Position numbers and translations under genes: made by a program
Origin: Okamejei kenojei
Lineage: Eukaryota
Reading direction: 5' to 3'
Length of the DNA: 64,000 nt
Assembly: GCA_035221665.1 (NCBI GenBank)
Contig: CM069168.1
Location: 17,174,001-17,238,000 of the forward strand
Shown: in pieces, positions 46,151-56,879 of the stretch
How positions within the stretch are numbered: position 1 is the stretch's first letter
Layout of the letters: every line of letters starts with the position of its first letter
Notes under the pieces: model-generated
Database searches by the model: none
Seen by the model: only the letters and a program-made list of their open reading frames with translations
Told to the model about the DNA's origin: nothing

Positions 46151-46884
46151 TCTGTAGCAGTCGAGACTTGCCTCCCTTGGTGCTACCCATGTATAAGTCA
46201 CATGGCTGCTCGAGATGAACTGCAACAAAGGGCGGGTCTTCAGTTGTCACGTGTACCGAGTTGTCACCTGTGGTCAGATGCAGTCAAGCATGTACCGAGG
46301 TACAGCCAAAAGCTTTTGTTGCGTGTGATCCAGCCTACGGAAAGACAATACATGATTATAATGGAGCTGTCCATAATGTACCGATTCAGGATGTAGGAAT
46401 AACGTTTAATGTAAGGTAAATTCTGGTCCAGCTAGTCAGATAGTAGTTCAGGACCACTCTCTGGTCTTGGTAAACGCTCTCTGCAAGGAGGTGGCTGTGT
46501 GTTATGGGCGAGGCAGCAGGCAGTGGTGTTGAGGCTACAGCAGTTGCATTAAATAATGCACAGACTACTCTTCCTATTGCCGACTCAACTGGTTGTTGGT
46601 GCTCTGGTGGCTGATGCGATAGTCTGCAGAGACTTGGATCTGCCCAGAGAGACGTGAGAACATCCAGTGTTTTCCTCTCTTCCCCTGTGCCTCGTGGACA
46701 GTCTGTACACCTTTGCCACATTCACCTGTGGTCAGATGCAGTCAAGCATTCAACAGCCATTACTGCATTAAACCTACCCTGGTCTATTTTCCTCGATTCC
46801 CCATTCCCATCAGCTGCCCCCTGTATTCTGCCACTCACCCACACACTGGAGATAAGTCACAGAAACTGATTTACTCACCAAAAC

Positions 46885-47470
46885 ACGTCCTGGTGAGACT
46901 GCACCTGGAGTATTGCGTGCTGTTTTGGTCTCCTAATTTGCGGAAGGACATTCTTGCTACTGAGGGAGTGCAACATAGGTTCACCAGGTTAATTCCCGGG
47001 ATGGTGGGACTGTCATGATGAAAGAATGGGTCACTGGAATCTAGAAGGATGAGAGGGAATTGTATAGAAACAAAATTCTTAAGGGATTGGACAGGCTAGA
47101 TGCAGGGGGTGGAAGATTGCAACCTTCACGTGGTCCGCCCTGTTTCGACTAATGCAATCAACTCGACGTGCACAAACGGAAGATCAAATAGAACAAGTTG
47201 TCCTACAACTTTAAGAATAAGGGGTAGGCCATTTAGGACTGAGGGAACGTTCGCCCAGAGAGTTGTGAATCTGTGGAATTCTCTGCCACAGAAGGCAGTG
47301 GAGGCCAATTCACTGAATGTTTTCAAGAGAGTTTGATTTAGCTCTTGGGGCTAATGGGATCAAGGAATATGCGGGAAAAGCAGGAACGGGGTACTTATTC
47401 TGGATGTTCAGCCATGATCATATTGAATGGCGGTGCGGGCTCGAAGGGCTGAATGGTCTACATCTACAAT
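46885..47470 (+). mobile_element. CR1 3' fragment with a short nested insertion (47105-47213)
   Basis: LVRLHLEYCVLFWSPNLRKDILA. Confidence 0.8.
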
Positions 47471-48329
47471 GTTTTCTGTCCATTGATCACCCGTTCACTT
47501 TGATTTATCCCACTCCCTGCACAAGAGGGGCAATCTACAGAAGCCAATTAACCTGCAGACCCGCATGTCTCTGGGATCTGGGAGGAACCTGGAGCACCCG
47601 GAGGGAACCTATGCGGCTGCAGGGAGAACGTGCAAACTCTGCACAGACAGCACCTGAGGTCAGGATCAAACGTCGCAGGAAAAACATGAAAACTCCAGAC
47701 CAGGATATAACCTGGGTCACTGACACAGCGTACACCACAGAGTTGTTTGGTACAAGGTCTTGGACAAAGGACTGTCCCAACAAATGTCCAGCTCACCCTA
47801 GTTCTGTGTATCCTACTTTCTCATCCACTCCCTACACAATAGGGGCAATTTAGAGGGACAATTAACCTACGAGCCCCTCAAATGTTTGAGAGAGAGAGAG
47901 CACTGCGCCCCCATTCCCAGCTCCCACTGTACCCCTGCTGGGCTCTCCGCCACCTTCAGTCAATCAAATGAAATGTGTAAGAAGGAACTGTAGATGCTGG
48001 TTTATGCCAAAGTTAGACACAGTCTGAAGAAGGGTCTCGACCCGAAACATCACCCTTTCCCTTTCTCCAGAGATACTGCCCGTCCCGCTGAATTACTCCA
48101 GCATTTTGTGTCTACCTGTCACTCAATCAGAGATGACCGATGTAGAACAGTACAACATGGGAACAGGCCCTTCAGCCCACAAGCTCTGTGCTGGAACATG
48201 ATGAGATAAAACTAATCTCGTCTCCATAACATTGTCAACAAGCAGCACCTATCATGTTCTCCACAGATGCTGCCTGACCCGCTGAGTTACTCCAGCACTC
48301 TGTGAAACGTCACCTATCCATGTTTTCCA

Positions 48330-48820
48330 CAGAGGGAGTACAGAGAAGGTTCACCAGGCTGATTCCTGGGATGGCTGGACTTCCATATGAAGAAAGACTG
48401 GATAGACTCGGCTTGTACTCGCTGGAATTTAGAAGATTGAGGGGGGATCTTATAGAGACTTACAAAATTCTTAAGGGGTTGGACAGGCTAGATGCAGGAA
48501 GATTGTTCCCGATGTTGGGGAAGTCCAGAACAAGGGGTCACAGTTTAAGGATAAGGACCGAGATGAGAAAAACATTTTTCACACAGGGAGTGGTGAATCT
48601 GTGGAATTCTCTGCCACAGAAGGTAGTTGAAGCCAGTTCATTGGCTATATTTAAGAGGGAGTTAGATGTGGCCCTTGTGGCTAAAGGGATCAGGGGGTAT
48701 GGAGAGAAGGCAGGTACAGGATACTGAGTTGGATGATCAGCCACGATCATATTGAATGGCGGTGCAGGCTTGAAGGGCTGAATGGCCTACTCCTGCACCT
48801 ATTTTCTATGTTTCTATGCC
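48330..48820 (+). mobile_element. CR1 3' fragment nested in a Penelope-derived repeat
   Basis: ORF 48302..48727; (TTCTATGT)n tail. Confidence 0.88.
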
Positions 48821-50179
48821 TGACCCGCTGAGTTACTCCAGCACTCTGTGTGTGTGTGTGTGTTTTAGCAGCAGGTTATACAGCATCAGCCACGGTTCCA
48901 GCGACACAACAGCTGGCAAACACATCGGACCCGAGTAATCTTGGTTACTGTGGCAACATATCCGTCCACACAGACCAACTGTGCAGGAAGGAACTGCATA
49001 TGCTGGTTTATGCCAAAGCTGGGGCACAAGATGCTGGAGTAACTCAGCGGGACAGGCAGCAACTCTGGGTTACGTTTCGGATTGAGATGTGATACTCGCA
49101 GAGTGATACAGCGTGGAAACAGGCCCAACTTGCCACACCAGCCAACATGTCCCAGCTACACTAGTCCCACCAGGCTGTGTTTGGCACATATTCCTCCACG
49201 GGGCCTGTTTCCACGCTTCATCACTCTAAGAATTAAACTAGAGCTATACGCTGCATTCCAGATGTTGCCTCACCATTGTCTTGTAAGAAAAAATTACATT
49301 GTTCACTTCATAATTACTTTCCGTTGTATCAACTATCTGAAAAGCAAAATGCTGCATTTGCTGATATTTTGGAGTTTGAATTGAATTACTCAGCAGGTCA
49401 GGCAGCAACTGTGGAGTGAGAAACCAAGCGACAGTTCTTCACTCTTCATCAAGTTAACCTCGTCACATTCAGACCATCCACCTGAAGCTCCAACTGTTGA
49501 ACGTTCCCAACAAAAATAGATGCAAAAAGCTGGAGAAGCTCAGCGTGGACAGGCAGCATCACTGGAGAGAAGGAATGGGTGACGTTTGGGGGTGGAGACC
49601 CTTCTTCAGACTGAGAGTCGGTGGGGGGGGGGGGGGGGGGAATGAGAGATGTAGACTGATGGTGTTTGACTCATGGACTGTGATGGTGAAATATTCATTG
49701 AGTCATTGATACTGGTGTTGGTTTATTACAATAAAGATATAAACATCCAAGGTCCACAATGAGGTTGATTGGAAGGTTGGGACCGCACCCTTCTTTACCG
49801 GGAGGCCGTTCAGTGGCGTGATCATTGTGAGGAAAGAGCTCTTCCTGAATCTGATGGTAGGTACATGCAAACTTTGTTGAACTGTATGAACTTTCAAACA
49901 GTATCCTCTGCCTGATGGGAGAGGGGAGAAGAGGGAACGACAAGAGGGTGTGAGTGGTTCTCAACTTTCTCGAGGCAGCGTGAAGTGTAGATGGAGTGGA
50001 TGGTGGGGAGTTTGGTCTGTGTGATGGGACGGCCACATTCACAACTCTCTAGAACTCCAAGTATATCCGAGCTTTGCCTCTCCCCACCATCCACTCCATT
50101 CCTTGTAGTTGCGGGTGATTTCAACTTGCCGAATATTTAGTTTAGTGATACAGCTCAAAAACAGTCCTAAACGGCCCAT

Positions 50180-50680
50180 CCTTTATTCTTAAACTATGAC
50201 CCCTAATTCTCGACCCCCCCCAACATGGGGAACATCCTTCCTGCATCTAGCCTGTCCAATCCCTTAAGAATTGTATATGTTTCTATAAGATCCCCTCTCA
50301 TCCTTCTAAATTCCAGTGAGTACAAGCCCACTTAACCCATTAATTCATCAGATGTCAGTCTTGCCATCCCTGGAATTAACCTGGTGAACCTACACTGCAC
50401 TCCCTCAAAAGCTAGAATGTCCTTCCTCAAATTAGCAGACCAAAACTGCATACAATACACCAGGGCCCTGTACAACTGCAGTAGGACCTCCTTGCTCCTA
50501 AACGAAAGCTAATGGCATGATGGCAATGAAGGCAAATATGAATGTTCATATTTAAAACCTTTTAGTTGTTGCATTTTACCACTTGTGGCAATGAAGACCA
50601 ACATGCCATGAGCTTTCTTCACTGCCTACTGTACCTGCATGCTTACTTTCAGTGACTGATGTACAAGGACACCCAGAACA
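50180..50680 (-). mobile_element. CR1 fragment
   Basis: Similar to the other CR1 3' ORF segments. Confidence 0.75.
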
Positions 50681-50779
50681 TCGGGTGTCGGGGTTGAACT
50701 GGTGACAGCACTCGCAGCCCTGACCCACAGGAGGCGGACATCAGCGGTGACGAGTGTGGCCTTCGGTTCACCAGGGGCG

Positions 50780-50990
50780 ATGACGGATCAGCCGGCTGTC
50801 GCCGAGCTTCTCAAGCCAAGAGCCCTCATCGTGTCGGTGGAGAAATTCAGGCCCCTCTCCGCCCTCGACAACAGGAGCGGGGCAGCGAGGGACGCGAAGG
50901 AACTCCACCGAATCCTCTACAAACTGGGCTTCCAGGTGGAGCTCAGCATCGATTTCACCGCCAGTGAGATCCTCCAGCTGTACAGGACTG
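50780..50990 (+). CDS. CASP17: Caspase coding exon 1 (short prodomain, p20 start)
   Basis: KPRALIVSVEKF...NRSGAARDAKELHRILYKLGFQV; donor G|GTGAGT. Confidence 0.88.
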
Positions 50991-53900
50991 GTGAGTGGAA
51001 CAGGTGTGGGGTGAGTGGGAGAAATGAGGATGCAGGGGGAACCAGCGGTCACAGTTCCAGAACAAGGGCTAGGCCAGAGAGTTGGTGAGGCCGGTAAAGT
51101 CCACTCACGGATAGTCAGAATCACAATCTCACTTTATTCGCCAAGTATGTTTTGCAACATACGAGGAGTTTCATTGGCCAGGTCGGTCATACAATTAAAA
51201 GCAACAGATCACTCAAAAACACATTTTAACATGAACATCCGCCACAGTGACTCCTACACATTCCTCACTGTGATGGAAGGCGAAATAAAGTTCGTCCTTC
51301 CCTTAGTTCTTCCTCGGTTGTGAGCCTTGACCCCCCGTTGACGGGACGATCTTGACTCCCGTAGCTGGCGGCGTTCGGGCCCTCTACGTCGAGGTGATCC
51401 GCTCCTGCATCGGGGGGGGATGTCAGCCCCCCCCCCCCCCCCCGCGCCGGGCGATCGAACCTCTTTGAAGTCCGAGGGTCTTCAAAGATGGAGATAGTAG
51501 TTCAGGACTGCTCTCTGGTTGTGGTTTACGGGAATGATCCCAGGGATGAGTGGGGTTAACCTATGATGAGCGTTTGTCGGCACTGGGCCTGTACTCGCTG
51601 GAGTTTAGAAGAATGAGGGGGGGGCCTCATTGAAACTTACCAAATAGTGAAAGGCCTGGATAGAGTTGATGTGGGGAGGATGTTTCCACTGGTGGGAGAG
51701 TCTAGGACTAGAGGTCGCAGCCTCAGAATTAGAGGAGGTTCCTTTAGGAAGGAGATGAGGAGGAATTAATTTTGTCAACAGAGGGTGGCGAATCTGTGGA
51801 ATCCATTGCCACAGAAGGCTGTAGAGGTCAAGTCATTGGATATTTTTAAGGCAGAGATAGATAGATTCTTGATTAGTACGGGTGTCAGGGGTTATGGGGA
51901 GAAGGCAGGTGAATGGGGTTAGTGGGGAGAGATCGATCAGTCATGATTGAATGGCGGAGTAGACTGGATGGGCCAAATGGCCTAATTCTGCTATTCACTT
52001 ATGACCTTCTGAAATATCAAGCGTTAGTTGGCACAGCTTTAAGATGAAAGGGGCAAAGTTTAGCGATGTGTGGGGCAAGTGTTTTTACACAGAGGGTGGT
52101 GGGTGCCTGGAAACCGCTGCCGGGGGTAGAGGTGGAGGCAGACACGATAGTGGTGTTTAAGACCTTTTGGATAGGCACGTGGATATGCAGGGGATGGAGG
52201 GATACGGGTCACGTACGGATAGGTAGAGTTGGTCTGGGCATCATGCTCAGCACAAACATTGTGGGCCGAACGGCCTGTTCCTGTGCCGTTCTATGTTCTA
52301 ATGAGGGGTTTACTTTTTGCCAGAGTCCGAGAGGAGACATGGAGCCTGCTTCCTCTCCGTCCTGTCCAGCCACGGGGAGGAGGGAGTGTTATATGGGGCG
52401 GACAGCAAGGCCGTGAGTCTCAGGGACATTTACTCCATGTTCAGAGCAGAGGCCTGCCCTTCACTGGCAGGGAAGCCAAAGATCTTCTTCATTCAGGTAA
52501 ATATTCCTGCGTACACAGGATCCGTCCGCATTTACCCCAGGTTGCAGGTTCGCAACCTGGGGTAAATTTCGCCGACCCAGGGGGTACATTTGTTGATTCT
52601 GGATTTGTACATATTTTTTCTCATTGACTGACTGTGTTTGGTTCTGGTACACCGGTGTCTGTTCATCATTAGTTGTTCAAAAATAAGTGAAATAACTTGT
52701 TATGTGCTATTAAAGTTGCCGGGGGGTAAACAGGACGAGAAAGGTGGGGAACCCCTGGTCCATGTGGACATATTGGGGGTTCAGTATTCATGTGGATAGA
52801 GAACTGGCTGGCAAACAGGAAGCAAAGAGTAGGAGTAAACGGGTCCTTTTCAGAATGGCAGGCAGTGAATAGTGGGGTACCGCAAGGCTCAGTGCTGGGA
52901 CCCCAGCTATTTACAATATATATTAATGATTTGGACGAGGGAATTGAATGCAACATCTCCAAGTTGGCGGATGACACTAAGCTGGGGGGCAGTGTTAGCT
53001 GTGAGGAGGATGCTAGGAGGCTTCAAGGTGACTTGGATAGGCTGGGTGAGTGGGCAAATGCATGGCAGATGCAGTATAATGTGGATAAATGTGAGGTTAT
53101 CCACTTTGGTGGCCAAAACAGGAAAGTAGACTATTATTCTGAATGGTGACGGATTAGGAAAAGGGGAGTTGCAACGAGACCTGGGTGTCATGGTACACCA
53201 GTCATTGAAAGTAGGCATGCAGGTCCAGCAGGCAGTGAAGAAAGCGAATGGTATGTTAGCATTCATAGCAAAAGGATTTAAGTACAGGAGCAGGGAGGTT
53301 CTACTGCAGTTGTACAGGGTCTTGGTGAGACCACACCTGGAGTATTGGTCTCCAAATCTGAGGAAAGACATTCTTGCCATAGAGGGAGTACAGAGAAGGT
53401 TCACCAGACTGATTCCTGGGATGTCAGGACTTTCATATGAGGAAAGATTGGATAGACTCGGCTTGTACTCGCTAGAATTTAGAAGATTGAGGGGGGATCT
53501 TATAGAAACTTACAAAATTATTAAGGGGTTGGACAGGCTAGATGCAGGAAGATTGTTCCCGATGTTGGGGAAGTCCAGAACAAGGGGTCACAGTTTAAGG
53601 ATAAGGGGGCAATTTTCAAAATTCCTCGTACGCAGCAGCTCTACCCGCTGCGCCACCGTGCCGCATCACCGGCTGTCGGTTGTGTTGCCACGCAGGCGTG
53701 CCGCGGGCCGGAGCTGGACGGAGGAGTCACCGTGGACATGGTGGAGACGGACAGCTGTGACCAGCCGACAGACTCCTTCTCCCACTACCTGGCGCTGCCC
53801 GACGATACAGCCGTCCACTTCTCCAGCTGCCCAGGTAGGTACAACCTGCACACCTGTACCCGCCTGCCCGGGGGGGAGGGGCACTGGGGCAAGGGATGAA

Positions 53901-55751
53901 GGGGCGGGGGTGGGGGTGGAGAAGAGAAGTGGGTGGGCGAATAAAAAACTGATGAATAAAACTGATTGATTGATTGGGAGGGGGAGGGGAGAGAAGGCGG
54001 GTGTGGGTGGGGAAGGAGAGAGGCGGGTGGGGGGAGGGGGGAGAGAGCGGGTGGGGGTGGGGGAGGGGAGAGGTGGGTGGGGGAGAGAGGCGTGGGGGAG
54101 AGGCGGGTGGGGGTGGGGAGGGAGAGAGGTTGGGGTGGGGAGGGGGGTGCGGGCACTGGGGCAAGGGGTGAGAGTGGGTGGGTGAGAGAGGTAGGCGAGG
54201 GAGGGGGGAGAGAGGTGGGTGGGGGATGGGGGTGAGGTTGGTGGGGGAGCGGGTAGAGAGAGGAGGAGGGGAGAGAGGTGTGGGTGGGAGAGGGGGGTAG
54301 GTGGGTCGGGGAGGGGGGATAGAGGTGGGTGGGGATGGAGGTGAGGTTGGTGGGGGATTCGGGTAGAGAGAGGTGGGTGGTTGAGGAGGGGAGAGAGGTT
54401 GGGAGAGGGGGGTAGAGGTGGGTTGGGGAGGGGGGATAGAGGTGGGGTGGGGGATGGGGTGAGGTTGGTGGGGGATCGGGTATAGAGAGAGGTGGGTGGT
54501 GAGAAGTGTTGGGGAGGGGGGGGGAGAGGTGAGGGGAGGGGGGATGGGTGGGTGGGGGGTCGGGTGAGGGGGGGAGAGAGTGAGAGTGTGTGGAGTGGGT
54601 GGGGGGTGGGGGTGCGGGTGAGGTTGGTGGGGGAGCGGTAGAGAGAGGTGGAGAGTGGGGTGGGGGGGAGGGTGGGTGGGTGGGGGGGGGGGGAGAGGTG
54701 GGTGAGTGGGGGTGGAGGGGAGGGAAGTCCGTAGTAAGAGATAGACAACCCGGAGAGAGTGGAGTGGGCCAAAGGGCCTGTTTCCGTGCTGTACGGTTCT
54801 ACGCCACGAGATGATGGGGGTGGTCGCTCCGTGGTCTCAACGCTGGCATCTGACGGACTCTTCCCACACTCCACTCTCTCTGGGTTGCCTTCCTCTTACT
54901 ATGGCCCCCCACCCTCCCTCCCTGTGTGTATGTGCCGGGACCACAGCCAGCTAGCTCCCCCCGCACCACCTCCAGAGTCCCCACACCGATCTGACTGTGT
55001 TGCAAATCTTGGCTAATATGATTATGATTGTGATCTTCAGGGAGATACCATGGTGTCTCCAATGTGGTGGATGGGAGGTCAGGACCACTCTCTAGTTGGT
55101 GGTGCGACGGTTCAGTTGCTTGATAACTGTCCCTGAATCTGGAGGTGTGTGCGTCCGTTTTCACACTTCTGTCCCTCTTGCCCGATGGGAGAAGGGAGAA
55201 GGGGGATTGGCCGGGGGTGAGACTGGTCCTTGATGATGCTGCTGGCCTTGCCGAGGTGTAGATGGAGTCAGTGTAAGGGGGGGGCGGGAGATTGCAACCT
55301 TCACGTGGCCCGCCCTGTTTCGACGAATGCAATCAACCTGGCGTGCACAATCAAGTAAGATCAAACAGAACAAGTTGTCCGACAACTTTAGGCCGTTCAC
55401 GCCACACGCAAGAGGCAGAAGAAGAAGTGGAAGGGAGGTTGGTTTGTGTGATGGTCTGGCCTGGAGTTTCACCCCAACCTCTCTGGATCTGATTCCATCC
55501 CCACAGATTATGGCTCCTTCCTGCACCCCTCTGGCTCGGCCTTCCTGCAGAGCCTGTGTGAGTTGCTGGAGGGGGAGCAGAGACACTGGGAGCTGCTGAG
55601 GATCATGACCCGTGTGAACGGCCTGGTCGCCCAGGGGTTTGAGGCTCGGGGCCGATACGCTGGCAAGAAGCAGATGCCCTGTTTCATCAGCAGACTGCGG
55701 CACGAGGTCTTTCCTTTCTCCGACAGGCTCTCGGCCGAGGCTGAACCCTGA
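50780..55751 (+). CDS. CASP17: Effector-type caspase, caspase-17-like, 255 aa, 4 coding exons
   Basis: Exons 50780-50990, 52324-52496, 53696-53834, 55507-55751 (768 nt, all GT-AG, in frame). Motifs RSGAARD, LSSHG, GKPKIFFIQACRG, linker VETD/S, p10 GSAFLQSLC...KKQMPC. The SWR-equivalent loop is SFL, as I recall for caspase-17. Confidence 0.85.
51530..52010 (+). mobile_element. CR1 3' fragment (different subfamily)
   Basis: LGLYSLEFRRMRGG...RTRGRSLR. Confidence 0.75.
52324..52496 (+). CDS. CASP17: Caspase coding exon 2 (catalytic His)
   Basis: CFLSVLSSHGEEGVLYGAD...CPSLAGKPKIFFIQ. Confidence 0.93.
52546..52759. mobile_element. Second, inverted copy of the 7509-7820 hAT MITE, without the Penelope insert
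   Basis: Shared internal sequence (CTCATTGACTGACTGTGTTTGGTTCTGGTA); terminus GGGGAACCCCTG. Confidence 0.7.
52770..53610 (+). mobile_element. CR1 RT fragment in caspase intron 2
   Basis: GVPQGSVLGPQLFTIYINDLD...LADDTKL. Confidence 0.9.
53696..53834 (+). CDS. CASP17: Caspase coding exon 3 (catalytic Cys, linker)
   Basis: ACRGPELDGGVTVDMVETDS...LPDDTAVHFSSCP. Confidence 0.92.
53975..54725. repeat. G-rich low-complexity repeat in caspase intron 3
   Basis: GGGGAGAGAGGTGGGTGG-type units. Confidence 0.85.
55507..55751 (+). CDS. CASP17: Caspase coding exon 4 (p10)
   Basis: DYGSFLHPSGSAFLQSLCELL...ELLRIMTRVN...KKQMPCFISRL. Confidence 0.92.
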
Positions 55752-55879
55752 ATCCACCTCAGCCCCCCAACACGTTAACTCTCCAACCCTCCCCCCACAC
55801 ACTCCCAACGCAGGCCTTTCGGCCCTTCACGTCCGTGCTGGTCAAACACGAGACACTCAATGTGCGGCAAGGAACTGCG

Positions 55880-56350
55880 TAGAAACATAGACAATAGGTG
55901 CGGGAGTAGAGGCCATTCGGCCCTTCGAGCCAGCACCGCCATTCAATGTGATCATGGCTGATCATCCCCAATCAGTTCCCCGTTCCTGCCTTCTCCCCAT
56001 ATCCCCGACTCCGCTATCTTTAAGAGCCCTATCTACCTCTCTCTTGAAAGCATCCAGAGAACCTGCCTCCACCGCCCTCTGAGGCAGAGATTTCCACAGA
56101 CTCACCACTCTCTGTGAGAAAAAGTGTTTCCTCGTCTCCGTTCTAAATGGCTTACTCCTTATTCTTAAACTGTGGCCCCTTGGTTCTGGACTCCCCCAAC
56201 ATCGGGAACATGTTTCCTGCCTCTAGCGTGTCCAAACCCTTAATAATCTTATATGTTTCAATAAGATTCCCTCTCATCCTTCTAAACCCCAGAGTGTACA
56301 AGCCCAGCCGCTCCATTCTCTCAGCATATGACAGTCCCGCCATCCCTGGT
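55880..56350 (-). mobile_element. CR1 3' fragment immediately after the caspase stop
   Basis: MAGLSYAERMERLGLYTL; tail. Confidence 0.88.
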
Positions 56351-56598
56351 ATGATGATCTAGTCCAGTAGATTGTTTGGTTGCTTACACAGAGAGGAAGC
56401 AGATCAAACTTTATTGCCTCCCATCAGTGAGGAATGTGGAATCCACTGTGGTGGATGTTTATGTTAACGTTGATGTGGTTGTGTGTCTAGTTGCTTTTTA
56501 CTTAGTATGGCTGTATGGTAACTCAAATTTCACTGTACCTTAACCACTATGCCTTAAATGGCACATATGACAATAAACTGACCTTGAAACCTTGTATC

Positions 56599-56840
56599 GC
56601 CAGCGGTGTGAACATTGACTTCTCTACCTTCAAGTAGCCCTTGCTTTCTCTCCCTCTCCATCCCCTCCCCCATCCCAGTTCTCCCACCAGTCTCACTGTC
56701 TCCGACTACATTTTATCTCTGTTCCGTCCACTCCCCTGACATGTCTGAAGAAGGGTCTCGACCCGAAATGTCACCCATTCCTTCTCTCCAGAGATGCAGC
56801 CTGTCCCGCTGAATTACTCCAGCATTTTGTGTCTATCTTA
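56599..56840 (+). mobile_element. Penelope-like retroelement 3' end: last ORF codons, 3'UTR and hammerhead motif (56745-56772)
   Basis: ASGVNIDFSTFK* resembles the P-x-G-[LM]-N C-terminus of PLE GIY-YIG endonucleases; followed by CUGAAGA...GAAAUGUC. Confidence 0.7.
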
Positions 56841-56879
56841 GGTTAAAACATTTTACCTGTTCCCATTTAAAGAATGTGA

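Noticed and set aside
50702-50779. N-terminal extension from the ORF-track start at 50702
   Set aside because: GTG start next to a CR1 fragment; the first ATG in good context is 50780
53666-54874. 402-aa Pro-rich ORF on -
   Set aside because: Translation of a G-rich low-complexity intronic repeat, antisense to a caspase exon
50780-55751. Calling the caspase CASP3 or CASP7
   Set aside because: Lacks the SWR motif and typical N-terminal peptide; only four coding exons
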